A DNA stretch of 64,000 nucleotides, from contig CBDCXR010000004.1 in NCBI GenBank assembly GCA_965223845.1, forward strand, positions 4,704,001 to 4,768,000. The letters are read 5' to 3'. Below, piece by piece: positions 1-9,570 of this stretch. The notes beneath the pieces were generated by a model. The model was not told the origin of the DNA and ran no database searches. It was given only the letters and a program-made list of their open reading frames with translations. A program made the translations under genes and the position numbers. This DNA comes from Planctomycetota bacterium. GTDB taxonomy: Bacteria > Planctomycetota > UBA8108 > SXIK01. Positions within the stretch are counted from its first letter, which is position 1, and each line of letters starts with the position of its first letter.

Positions 1-1
1 G

Positions 2-802
2 ATCAGCATTCCGGCGGACGTTCTGAGCCCCGGGGAACACGTCTTCCAGCTGCGCCCGATGAACTCGGCGGCCGCGACGCACCGCCCCGCCGCGTCGGAG
101 ACCGTCACCATCGTTCGCTCGATCGCGACTTCCGGCGTCGCGGTGCGCGTCCTCCTCGACGCCGAGACCGCGACGTCGTGGCTCCGCCGATTCAATCGAA
201 ACGTCGAGCTGCATCGATTCGCGCTCGAAGTCGGATCCGTCTCGGACCTCCGCCTCGAAGGGATCGACTTCTCGAGAATCGGGCGGTCTTCGCTCAAGAA
301 CCTGAAGAAGATCCAGCTCTACGCCATCGAGTCGACACCCGGCGCGACCGCTCCGAGTGCAGAAGAGCGTGTACTCGTCGGCTCCGGCGCGTCGGTAAAC
401 AAGAATCACATCGTTTTCGACGGAATGGGACTCGCGCTCGCGCCCGAGAGCCTCGTCATTTTGGTTCTCGAGGCGCAGGTAAAGAGCGATATCGTCGAAT
501 CGTGGATGTTCTTTACCTTCGCACTGGTCGTTCTCGCTTCCGGGATTCGGTTTTGTCTTCGTCGCAGGCGCGGAGTCTCGCCCGGAGTGCTCGGACTCGC
601 CTGCGTTTGCATCACGCTCGCTGGCGCCTTCACGGTACCGGGCTGCGACGAGAGCAGTGATCGAGACCCCACGATTCACGTCGGAGTTCGCGACGCCGAA
701 GACATCCTCGTCCTCGACGACGCAGCGTCGGCCGTCGTTCTCGATGACTTTCCCGAAGACGGCCTCCGGGGGCACAAGTACCGGATCGAAGACTTCGACT
801 GA
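2..802 (+). CDS. Hypothetical membrane-anchored protein, 5'-truncated by the window edge
   Basis: Frame is open from position 2 (ISIPADVLSPGEHVFQLRPM...) to TGA at 800-802. It carries two hydrophobic helices separated by RRRR, followed by PGC. Confidence 0.65.
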   Translation: MSIPADVLSPGEHVFQLRPMNSAAATHRPAASETVTIVRSIATSGVAVRVLLDAETATSWLRRFNRNVELHRFALEVGSVSDLRLEGIDFSRIGRSSLKNLKKIQLYAIESTPGATAPSAEERVLVGSGASVNKNHIVFDGMGLALAPESLVILVLEAQVKSDIVESWMFFTFALVVLASGIRFCLRRRRGVSPGVLGLACVCITLAGAFTVPGCDESSDRDPTIHVGVRDAEDILVLDDAASAVVLDDFPEDGLRGHKYRIEDFD

Positions 803-959
803 ACTCCCCGAGAGTTGGAGCTCGGCGACTCATCCAGTGCTCAGTTCGCGCTCTCCGGTAGCGTGTTCGAGCCGGGAGAGAAAACGACGAGAAGCACAGG
901 GTTCGAATCGAGAAGATCGTCGGCTACTCTGAGGCCCGTCCCGGAACTGAGGAGATCCG

Positions 960-1361
960 ATGAACCGACCTTGGCTGCCATTCGTCTCGTGCGCCCTCGC
1001 GCTTCACCTCGCCGCCTGCGCCGGCGCGCCGCCCGTATTCCACCGGTTTCGACTGCAGCCGGAAGGAACGGCTGCGCTCCACTTCGATCCTCCGAGCAGC
1101 GGCGAGATCGCGATCGGAAATCGCGGCACCGGCACGGTGAACCTCGAGTTCGTGCGCGCGAACGGCGAGGTCGAGGCGACGATCGCGCTCGGCGCGGGCG
1201 CGAAAATGCAGCGTTTGACCGATGGCATCGAGCGGACGCAGTTCGCGAACTCGCCGGACGGCGAATCCCAAATCGAGTACGCGATCCGGCTCGACCGCCC
1301 CGGAGCGGTTCGGATTCGACTCGAGATCAAACCGGTGGACGACTCCGAGGGCGGAAACTGA
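960..1361 (+). CDS. Hypothetical lipoprotein
   Basis: GAGGAG RBS upstream; signal peptide with lipobox LAAC; beta-rich mature part. Confidence 0.7.
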   Translation: MNRPWLPFVSCALALHLAACAGAPPVFHRFRLQPEGTAALHFDPPSSGEIAIGNRGTGTVNLEFVRANGEVEATIALGAGAKMQRLTDGIERTQFANSPDGESQIEYAIRLDRPGAVRIRLEIKPVDDSEGGN

Positions 1362-1370
1362 CGCGAGCGT

Positions 1371-2156
1371 CTACTCTTCCTGAAAGAGTTGTCCGGCCGT
1401 CCAATCGCAGAGCCCGGTCACCGTGCGGCCGCAGCCTCCGCTCACCGACGAATCCTCCCCGCGAGCTTCGTTTTGCGCTCCGCCCGTCACGGACGCGTAG
1501 GCGCCGGAGATCGTGTTTTCGCGACCCGCTGCGATTCCACCGTAGAGACGGAAGTTATTCCCGCGGCCGACCACGATGTTGTGTGAGCCGACGCGCGAGT
1601 TGCCGTCTCCGGGACGGAGCTCGTTGTAGCCGACGATCAAATTGCCGTGACCGTTCGTGGTCGCGGTCGCACCTTCGCCGTTTACGATCTGCAGGTTCAC
1701 TCCCTCGAGAACGAGCGTGCGGACCACGCCGTCTTCGCCATCGGACGTCTCGTCGAGCGAGAACCGTTCGAGGACGCGAGATTCCTCGACCGACGGCAAG
1801 CGATCGGCGATTTCATCGACGCGATCGTCGAGGGCTTCAATTCCGGACGTCAGCCGGCCGTCGACCGACGAGAGCGTACCGGTGATCGCGAGCAGCTCGT
1901 CCTGCAGGGCTTTTACGGTTGCTTCGAGCGCCTCGACGCGCCGGTCGTTGTCGTTCACGCTCGCCGCGATGACGGTGAAGTTCTCGTTCACTTGATTTGC
2001 GTCGGCGATCTCGCCGTTGATGAAGGTGTGCGGCACGAACACGCTGCTCGCCGTCGTGCTCGCCGGTGAACTGAGAACAGCACCGATCACGCCGCAGCCG
2101 ACACATAGGATCGCCGTTTTCGCCCACCCCAAGGAGTTTCCTCTACTCCGCGCCAT
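1371..2156 (-). CDS. Secreted fibre/adhesin-like protein (N-terminal PHTFxNGxxADAxQVNxNF motif, coiled coil, Gly/Asn beta-solenoid repeats)
   Basis: ATG at 2156 with AGAGGAG RBS; signal peptide; heptad stalk (RVEALEATVKALQDELL); repeats such as GSHNIVVGRGN, GRENTISGAYASVTGG and NEARGEDSSVSGG. Confidence 0.7.
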   Translation of the reverse strand: MARSRGNSLGWAKTAILCVGCGVIGAVLSSPASTTASSVFVPHTFINGEIADANQVNENFTVIAASVNDNDRRVEALEATVKALQDELLAITGTLSSVDGRLTSGIEALDDRVDEIADRLPSVEESRVLERFSLDETSDGEDGVVRTLVLEGVNLQIVNGEGATATTNGHGNLIVGYNELRPGDGNSRVGSHNIVVGRGNNFRLYGGIAAGRENTISGAYASVTGGAQNEARGEDSSVSGGCGRTVTGLCDWTAGQLFQEE

Positions 2157-2286
2157 CGAAGTCTCCTCTCGCTTCTCTTCTCTTTCGATCGTTCTCGCCC
2201 GGCGCACGCACCGGGACCCGGCGCCCCGTGTGCCTTCGTCGACCTTCGGCCGAGGGGTCCGTCATCCGAACGCTTCGACGCCGTGA

Positions 2287-2556
2287 TCAACCCGCGTCGC
2301 CGAACTCCGGCTCGGGGACCGGACCCGGATCCGGGTCCGGAGGTGGAGGCGGCGGCTGGGACTCGTCGGACCACGGCTCGCTCCCCCACTCCGAGCTCCC
2401 CCAAATAAGTCCGGCTCGAGCGGCTTCCGACGACGAGCCGCTCCCGCTACTTCCCCCGCACCCGAGCTCGACGAGCGCGGCGGCGAGAGCGATCAACAGG
2501 AGCGCCATCGTCCCCGCCGTTCGGGCTCCACTCCTCCGTTCAACACTGCGTGTCAT
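2287..2556 (-). CDS. Small putative lipoprotein with W-x4-W-x4-W motif and Pro/Asp-rich tail
   Basis: GAGG RBS; hydrophobic stretch ending LGC-GGSSGSG; IWGSSEWGSEPW; co-oriented and upstream of the fibre-like gene. Confidence 0.6.
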   Translation of the reverse strand: MTRSVERRSGARTAGTMALLLIALAAALVELGCGGSSGSGSSSEAARAGLIWGSSEWGSEPWSDESQPPPPPPDPDPGPVPEPEFGDAG

Positions 2557-2892
2557 GGCACGTCCTCATGCAGTGTGATCCTTCCCATCGCCACGGAACG
2601 GAGCGACGCGTTGGCAGCGGACGGACGCCGTCGACACACACCGTGGGCGCCACAGCGACTCCCGCGCGCGCGACGACGCGCGCCGCGTCGTCCTCCCCGC
2701 ATCATCTCCGCTCGGGCGATAGGCTTCACTTCCTCTTGGCCGAACCGCGCTGCGCCATCGCGAAACGCAACGGGCAGCCAACGATCGGCGAGTCTCGGTC
2801 TCCTCAGCCCCGAGATCCCTTGTGATTAACACAGAGGGAGATGGACTACCACAACATTCGCGGCGTCGATCGATGCGAGCGGCGTAGTCGAC

Positions 2893-3435
2893 TCACTTCC
2901 CCTTCGGACGAAATGCGCGAATCCGCTCTTCGTTCGTCGTCAGGTACGGGCCTTCGATCAGATCGACGCAGTAAGGGATCGCGGGGAACACCGCATCGAG
3001 GCACTCGGCGATCGCTTTCGGTTGACCGGGCAGATTGAGTATGAGCGAGCGCCCGCGAATGCCGGCCGTCTGACGGGAGAGGATCGCCGTCGGCACCTTC
3101 GTGAGGGAGACGGCGCGCATCAACTCACCGAAGCCCGGCAGGATCTTGTCGCAGACGCGTTCGGTCGCTTCGGGCGTGATATCGCGCGGTGCGGGCCCGG
3201 TGCCGCCGGTCGTGATGACGAGCGCGCAGGCTTGGTCATCGGCGAGCTCCTCGAGCGTCTGTCGCACGATGTTCCGCTCGTCCGGAACGACCCGCGCGAC
3301 GGCCTCCCAGGGAGAGGTGAGCACGGCTCGGAGATACTCTGCGATCGCGGGGCCGCCGCGATCCTCGTACTCACCGCGGCTCGCGCGATCGGAAACCGTG
3401 AGAATCCCGATCTTCGCCGGATCGTTCGTCGACAT
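2893..3435 (-). CDS. mog: Molybdopterin adenylyltransferase
   Basis: IGILTVSDRASRGEYEDRGG, TTGGTGPAPRDITPEAT, LSRQTAG, NLPGQPKAI and PYCVDL motifs. Confidence 0.95.
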   Translation of the reverse strand: MSTNDPAKIGILTVSDRASRGEYEDRGGPAIAEYLRAVLTSPWEAVARVVPDERNIVRQTLEELADDQACALVITTGGTGPAPRDITPEATERVCDKILPGFGELMRAVSLTKVPTAILSRQTAGIRGRSLILNLPGQPKAIAECLDAVFPAIPYCVDLIEGPYLTTNEERIRAFRPKGK

Positions 3436-3446
3436 TCTCGTCTTCC

Positions 3447-6400
3447 TCAGGCCGATGGTGAAGCGCCGCGCGAAGTCTCTCGGCCGCGCAACAGCCGCTG
3501 CAGATCGTCGAGGACGATATAACCGGATGGGACGAGGATCAAGGTCACGCCAGTGGCGAACAGCACGCCGAACCCGAGCGAAGCGGCCATCGGCTTCAGG
3601 AACTGCGCCTGCATGCTCCGCTCGAGAAGGAGTGGTGCGAGGCCGACGAACGTCGTGACGGAGGTGAGGAGAATCGGGCGAAATCGGCGAGCGCCGGCTT
3701 GCCGGACGGCCTGCGGCAGACTCTTCTCGCTCTCGCGGGCGCGGTTGATGAAGTCGACCATGATCAAGCTGTCGTTGACCACAACTCCGGTGAGAGCGAC
3801 GAGGCCGAAGAGCGAGAGGAAGGTGAGCGGCAGCCCCATGAGCGCATGCCCCCAGACGACTCCGACGACTCCGAACGGGATCGCGCTCATGACGATGAGA
3901 GGCTGCGCGTACGAACGAAACGGGATCGCGAGGAGAGCGTAAATGAGGACGAGCGCGACCGCGAGTCCCCGGGCGAGACCACCGAAGGTCTCCGCCTGCT
4001 CTCGCTGCTCTCCTTCGAGCGAGTACGAAAGTCCGGGATACTCTCGTTCGAGACGCGGGAGAACCTCCTCGCGCACCTTGTTCACGATCTCGGTCGAATT
4101 CGCCTTCGTGAGATCGACGTCCGCCGTCACCTGGATGATCCTCCGACGATCGACTCGATCGATGGAGGAGTAACCGCGCCCGTATCGGACGGTCGCGACG
4201 TCGGCGAAGTCCACCTCCGCGCCTCCCGCGGTGCGGATCCGCATCGATTCGAGGTCGCCGAGCGAGCGCCGTTCTTCGTCGGGGTAGCGAACCATGACCC
4301 GGACATCGTCGCGGCCGCGCTGAATCCTCTGCGCTTCCTCGCCGTAGAATCCCTGCCGGACTTGCCGGGCGAGATCGGCGAGCGAGAGGCCGAGCGTTTC
4401 CGCGTCGGGTCGGAGGGCGAGCTTCACTTCTTCCTTACCCGCGCGGAACGAATCGGCGATGTCCGTGACCCCGTCGTAACTCGCGAGTGCCTCCTTGAGC
4501 TCCGCCGAAGCGGCGCGGAGCTGTGCGGCGTCGGCGGAGGCGAGCTGGATGTTGATCGCCTCGCCCACCGAAAAGAGGGACGACGAAAAGCTGAGCTCGA
4601 CCGCATCGGCGATCGGCCCGGTACGTTTCCGCCACCTCCGAGCGATCTCGGTCGCGGTGACGTCGCGCTCCTCCGCTGGGACGAGCTCGACGTTCACCTC
4701 ACCGAGATGGCCTCCGCTCAAGACGACGCCGCGTCCCCGACGAAGCGACTGAGCTTCGCGGAACGGCTGGCTGCCGACGGAACTCAACATGTGGCGAAAG
4801 AGTGGCCGGCGCGCGGCTCCCGGCGCTGTCGCCGCCGCCGCGACGCCCTCGCCGGGGGAAGCTTCGGACTCGAGCTCGAACCGAACGTCTTCCGCGGCGG
4901 CTTCGAGCCGCGCGAGAACGTCGAGGGTCGTTCGCGCCGGCGTACCCTGCGGCATCGTGACGAAAGCGACCACGTTGTCCGCATCCGCGGACGGAAAGAA
5001 AACGTAGACGATTCGTCCGCCGGCAACAAACGCGAGAGTCACGATGAGGAGCGAGAGACCGAACGCGAGAGCGAGATATCGCCAGCGCAGGCAAATGTCG
5101 AGAAACGGCGAGTACGCGCGTTCGACGAAGCGCTCGAGCCCGCGCGCGAACACGCCTTGAAAACTCCCCCACCAGCGCCGCGGCAAGCGAAGTATCCCCG
5201 CTCGCTCACCGTCGCCTTCGGCGCGAAGGTGCGAAAGGTGCGCGGGGAGGATCAAGAGCGATTCGACGAGCGAGAACGCGAGAGTCGCGATGACGATCGC
5301 GGGAATCACCGCCATCACTTGCCCCATATTGCCGGGAACACCGAGGAGAGGCGAGAACGCTGCGACGCTCGTCAAGACCGCAAAACAGACCGGGGCCGTG
5401 ACCGACCGAGCGCCGTCGATGGCGGCGCGAAGCGGCGGCTTCCCGCTGCGGAGCTCCGAGTAGATGCTCTCGGCGACGATGATCGCGTCGTCGACCACGA
5501 GACCGAGGACGACGATGAATGCGAAGAGCGAAATCAGATTGACCGAGACGTCGAGGCTCGGGAGGAGCCAGATCGCCCCGAGGAAGCTGAGAGGAATCCC
5601 CCAGGCGACCCAGAGTGCGAGCGAGAGACGGAGGAAGAGCGCGAGCGAGAGGCAGACGAGCGCGAGCCCCACGAGGCCGTTCTCGACGAGGAGCCCGAGT
5701 CGACTCCGGAGCACGGCTGAGTCGTCCTGCCACGTCGTGAGCGAGATCCCTTCGGGGACGCGGTGCTGCGCCGACTTCACGTAATCGTGCACGGCGTCGG
5801 CGATGTCGAGCGCCCCCTGATCGCCGACGCGAAACACTTGAACGAGCACGGTCCGCTCCCCATCGAAGCGCGAAGCCTGATCGGTGTCGCGGAAGCCGTC
5901 GATCACTCTCGCGATCTCGCCGATGCGAAGCCGAGTGCCGTCTGCGCGCGAAAGGACGGTGATCTGCGCGAACTCATCCTCGCGATAAGCTTGTCCCTTC
6001 GTACGAATCAAAATCTCGCCGCCGTCCGTCTTCACCGAGCCGCCGGGCAAGTCGAGCGAGGAACGCCGAATCGCACGCGCGAGATCGTCGAAGGTGAGCC
6101 CGTGCCGGCGAAGCGTCTCCTCCGCGACTTCGATGGAGATCTCGTAGGGTCGGGCGCCAGCGAGATCGACGACGCTGATTTCGGGCAGCGCCGCGAGATC
6201 GTCGCGAACGCGCTCGGCGACCACGCGGAGGGAGCGCTCGTCGGTGTTTCCCGAGACCGCGACTTCAATCACTTGTCGGCGAAGAACGACCTCTTCGACG
6301 ATCGGCTTCTCCGTCTCGGCCGGAAACGTGTCGATTCCGTCGACGCGCGTCTTCACGTCGTTCAGGATTCGCCCCGCGTCGACACCGGGAAGAAGCTCGA

Positions 6401-6680
6401 CATCAACCGAGCCGAGGCCTTCCCGCGCCGTGGACGTGATCCGCTTGATGCCGGCGAGGCCGTAGATCGCTTCTTCGACCCGCTGGCAGACGCCCTCCTC
6501 GACTTCGTCGGGCGCCGCCCCGAGATACTCGACGCGGATTTGAATGCGATCCGACGACAGCTCCGGGAACACTTCCTGTTTGAGCCGCGGCACGGTCGCA
6601 GCGCCGCCGACGAGAATGAGCGCCATGAGAAGATTCGAGGCGATCCCGTTCGACGCGAACCAGGTGACGATCCGGTTCAT
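3447..6680 (-). CDS. RND efflux transporter permease (AcrB/AcrD/AcrF family)
   Basis: 1077 aa; GLVVDDAIIVAE in TM4, GVVVNDS in TM10, RFRPILLTSVTT in TM11. Confidence 0.95.
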   Translation of the reverse strand: MNRIVTWFASNGIASNLLMALILVGGAATVPRLKQEVFPELSSDRIQIRVEYLGAAPDEVEEGVCQRVEEAIYGLAGIKRITSTAREGLGSVDVELLPGVDAGRILNDVKTRVDGIDTFPAETEKPIVEEVVLRRQVIEVAVSGNTDERSLRVVAERVRDDLAALPEISVVDLAGARPYEISIEVAEETLRRHGLTFDDLARAIRRSSLDLPGGSVKTDGGEILIRTKGQAYREDEFAQITVLSRADGTRLRIGEIARVIDGFRDTDQASRFDGERTVLVQVFRVGDQGALDIADAVHDYVKSAQHRVPEGISLTTWQDDSAVLRSRLGLLVENGLVGLALVCLSLALFLRLSLALWVAWGIPLSFLGAIWLLPSLDVSVNLISLFAFIVVLGLVVDDAIIVAESIYSELRSGKPPLRAAIDGARSVTAPVCFAVLTSVAAFSPLLGVPGNMGQVMAVIPAIVIATLAFSLVESLLILPAHLSHLRAEGDGERAGILRLPRRWWGSFQGVFARGLERFVERAYSPFLDICLRWRYLALAFGLSLLIVTLAFVAGGRIVYVFFPSADADNVVAFVTMPQGTPARTTLDVLARLEAAAEDVRFELESEASPGEGVAAAATAPGAARRPLFRHMLSSVGSQPFREAQSLRRGRGVVLSGGHLGEVNVELVPAEERDVTATEIARRWRKRTGPIADAVELSFSSSLFSVGEAINIQLASADAAQLRAASAELKEALASYDGVTDIADSFRAGKEEVKLALRPDAETLGLSLADLARQVRQGFYGEEAQRIQRGRDDVRVMVRYPDEERRSLGDLESMRIRTAGGAEVDFADVATVRYGRGYSSIDRVDRRRIIQVTADVDLTKANSTEIVNKVREEVLPRLEREYPGLSYSLEGEQREQAETFGGLARGLAVALVLIYALLAIPFRSYAQPLIVMSAIPFGVVGVVWGHALMGLPLTFLSLFGLVALTGVVVNDSLIMVDFINRARESEKSLPQAVRQAGARRFRPILLTSVTTFVGLAPLLLERSMQAQFLKPMAASLGFGVLFATGVTLILVPSGYIVLDDLQRLLRGRETSRGASPSA

Positions 6681-7948
6681 GAGTCACCCGCTTCCCTTGG
6701 AGTCGGCGAGTCGCGGCGCGACACGGGAGAGCTGGGCCGCTCGATCGCGGGTTCGCCATCCACTCGGACGAGCATTCCGTCGACCACGACATCGAGCGGC
6801 GAGACGCAGATCCGCTCGCCGTCTTCGACCCCGGCGCCGTCGCGAACTCCGCTGCGCACGAAGGCGGTGTCGCCCTCGACTCGCACGACATCGACATCGC
6901 GGTAACGGAGGCGAGACTCCGCATCGATGACGAGCACCTGCCGGTGGTTGCGAATCGCACGGCGCGGCAACGAGACGACGCCCGAGAGGGACCGGCCCGC
7001 GATCTCGGCGCGAACGAATTGACCCGCGGCCAGCGGCGGTCCTGGTTCGCCGGATCGCCGGTAGGGATCGTCGACGACGGCGACCACATGGATCCGCCGA
7101 GTCCGAGGATCGATCTCGCCTTCGGTGCGGACGATACGCCCGGCCCAGCGGACGCGCTCACCCGCGATCGTGGCCCACAGGATCACTTCCGGCTCGGTGC
7201 GCATGCCTTCTCCCGGCGGAGCGCTCAGGGACGCGCTCTCGCCGAGCCGAAAGTCGACGAACGCGAATTGATGGTCGGAGAGGGGAAGGCGCACCTCGGC
7301 ACGCTCGACCGAATACACCTCGGCGACGGCACTTCCACGAGCGACGTACTGGCCGCGATCGACGCGGATCGCGCGGACGCGACCGGCGTACGGCACACTC
7401 ACGCGTGTCCGCTCGAGATCGAGCTCCGCTCGTTTCACCTTCGCGCGCGCCGCTTCGAGGAGCGCTTCGGCTTCGGCGCGCTGAGGCACACGGAGAACGA
7501 GTGGCGGCGGCTCGCCACCGTCGCCGAGCCGTTCCCAATCGGCGCGCGCGATGCGCGCCTCCTCCTTCTCGCGCGCGAGCGCGAGCTCCGCCTGGGCGAC
7601 GAGTGCCTTCGCTTCGGCGAGCGCGAGCTCGTAGTCGGTGCGATCGATCTCGAGCAGAGTCTCGCCGGCGTCGAAGAAGGCACCGTCGGCCCACGCCTCA
7701 CCGACCGAGACGACGCGTCCGGAAACCTCCGAGACGAGCGCACTCTGCGTCGCCGGCCTCACGGTCCCTTCGCTCTCGATACGCGCGCGAACGTCGTTCG
7801 CCTCCGCGACGATCGCCCGAACGACGGGAACGGCGCGCTCGGGAGGTCGAGCGTCCGGCTCGGGCCGAGTCGCCACGAGATGCACGGCGAGCGCGATTCC
7901 GGCCGCGAGGACGACGATGGGAAGTGACGCCCGGAGGATTGTGTTCAT
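6677..7948 (-). CDS. RND efflux periplasmic adaptor (membrane fusion protein)
   Basis: N-terminal TM anchor, SEVSGRV lipoyl motif, helical hairpin, RTEGEIDPRTR; overlaps the RND start. Confidence 0.93.
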   Translation of the reverse strand: MNTILRASLPIVVLAAGIALAVHLVATRPEPDARPPERAVPVVRAIVAEANDVRARIESEGTVRPATQSALVSEVSGRVVSVGEAWADGAFFDAGETLLEIDRTDYELALAEAKALVAQAELALAREKEEARIARADWERLGDGGEPPPLVLRVPQRAEAEALLEAARAKVKRAELDLERTRVSVPYAGRVRAIRVDRGQYVARGSAVAEVYSVERAEVRLPLSDHQFAFVDFRLGESASLSAPPGEGMRTEPEVILWATIAGERVRWAGRIVRTEGEIDPRTRRIHVVAVVDDPYRRSGEPGPPLAAGQFVRAEIAGRSLSGVVSLPRRAIRNHRQVLVIDAESRLRYRDVDVVRVEGDTAFVRSGVRDGAGVEDGERICVSPLDVVVDGMLVRVDGEPAIERPSSPVSRRDSPTPREAGDS

Positions 7949-9570
7949 GAAGGATCGTCTCCGACAGCAATCGGGGCGCGTTCGCTCGCACCCTCGGAAT
8001 CGCGCGCCGCGTCGGGTGCGTCTGCGTCCGACTCGTCGGTCGTTCGGGGAGTCGAGTCGAACCCGCCACCGAGCGCGAGATGAACGTCGACGCGCGCATC
8101 AGCGCGCAGGCGACGAACGCGAAGGACCTGGCTCTCCGCGCGGTACTCGCTCCTCTGCGCTTCGCGGACGACGATGAATTCACCGAGACCACCGCGGTAG
8201 CGCCGTTCCGCTTCGTCGCGTGCGGCGGCCGCCTCCCGGGCGGCGCGGACGAGCGCGGCCTCACGCGCCGCGAGCTCTCGCTCGCGCGCGAGAGCCGTCT
8301 CGACTTCAGCAAACGCAAGCAGGACAAGCTGGACGTACGATTCGAGCGCGACGCGCTGATCCGCCTTCGCAAGGTCGACCGCAGCGGCGAGTCTTCCTCC
8401 CTGAAAGATCGGCTGAAGAAGATTGCCGGCGATCTGCCAGACGGAGAAGGCGCGATCGAAGAGGTCGCCGATGTCCTCAGTCGACGTGCCGCCGGAGGCC
8501 GACAAGCTCAGCCGCGGATAGAGCGCAGCGCGCGCCTCGTCGACCCGGGCTCCAGCCGCGGCGAGGCGGCGCTCGGCGACCGCGAGGTCCGGCCGGCGAG
8601 TGACGAGCTCCGACGGGATCCCCGCCGGCGGCGCGCCGGTGACGGTCGGGAGAGCGCCGGCGGAGAGTTCGAGCTCGGCGCCCGGATACCGGCCGACGAG
8701 CACCTCGAGCTGCCGCGCCGTTCGATCGAGCACCTCACGGCGCTCGGCGAGATCGGCCTCGGCGTTCGCGACATCGAGCCGCGAGAAGCGAGTATCGATC
8801 GCCGGCCGGACGCCGCTCGAGTAGCGGTGCGCCACGTCGACGGCCGTCTCGCGAAAGCTCTCGAGCGTCGCCGCCGCGAGCTCGACCTGCCGCTGGGATT
8901 CGATCGCGGCGAACCACGTCTTCGCGACTTGCCCCGCTAGAGAGAGCTCGGCGGCGGCGACGTCCGCGCCGGCCGCGTCGAGATCGGCGAGCGCGGCGGA
9001 CTCGCGCGCGCGGAGCCGTCCCCAGAGATCGATCTCCCAACTCGCACTGAGCGAGAGACCGTAACTCGTCGAACGGCTCGTGAGCACGTCGCCACCGCCG
9101 GGGACCGGGAGACCGATGAAGTTCTGCTTTCGGCGCGACGCGTCGGCGCCCGCCGCCAGTTGAGGAAGTACGTCGGCGCCATCGATACGCGCGCGCGCCG
9201 CCGCGATCGCAACCCGCTCGGCGGCGGCGCGAAGATCTCGATTGGCGCCCAGCGCTTCGCGAACGAGCGCGTCGAGCTGAGCGTCGTCGAACTCGCTCCA
9301 CCAGGTCTGCGCGTGCTCGGAAGACGCCGCCGCGCGAGAAGGAGTTTCCGGACGTTCGTCCGAATCGGTACGGTCGCGGTCTGTCGCACCCGACGACGGC
9401 GGAGCCGATCTCGACCCGAGCGCTGTCCAAGTCGCCGGAAGGGAAAGGTCGTGAGACGGATGCTCGACGGGAGGCGACGCGGCGCAGCTCGCGAGGAGAA
9501 TCGTCGCGAGCGACGCCCGGCGCGTCGGCGTCTCGCGGTGCCCCCTCGGAACGACAAGGTGAGATCGCAT
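7945..9570 (-). CDS. Outer membrane efflux lipoprotein (NodT/OprM family)
   Basis: Lipobox LASC; WWSEFDDAQLDALVREAL, WEIDLWGRLR, PSELVTRRPDL, ALGGG. Start placed at the TGATG overlap with the tetR stop. Confidence 0.93.
   Translation of the reverse strand: MRSHLVVPRGHRETPTRRASLATILLASCAASPPVEHPSHDLSLPATWTALGSRSAPPSSGATDRDRTDSDERPETPSRAAASSEHAQTWWSEFDDAQLDALVREALGANRDLRAAAERVAIAAARARIDGADVLPQLAAGADASRRKQNFIGLPVPGGGDVLTSRSTSYGLSLSASWEIDLWGRLRARESAALADLDAAGADVAAAELSLAGQVAKTWFAAIESQRQVELAAATLESFRETAVDVAHRYSSGVRPAIDTRFSRLDVANAEADLAERREVLDRTARQLEVLVGRYPGAELELSAGALPTVTGAPPAGIPSELVTRRPDLAVAERRLAAAGARVDEARAALYPRLSLSASGGTSTEDIGDLFDRAFSVWQIAGNLLQPIFQGGRLAAAVDLAKADQRVALESYVQLVLLAFAEVETALARERELAAREAALVRAAREAAAARDEAERRYRGGLGEFIVVREAQRSEYRAESQVLRVRRLRADARVDVHLALGGGFDSTPRTTDESDADAPDAARDSEGASERAPIAVGDDPS

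Noticed and set aside
895-915. GGTTCGAATC resembling a tRNA T-loop
   Set aside because: No pairing T-stem, acceptor stem or cloverleaf around it.
3699-5720. 673-aa plus-strand ORF and many similar Arg-rich ORFs
   Set aside because: Shadow frames of well-supported genes.
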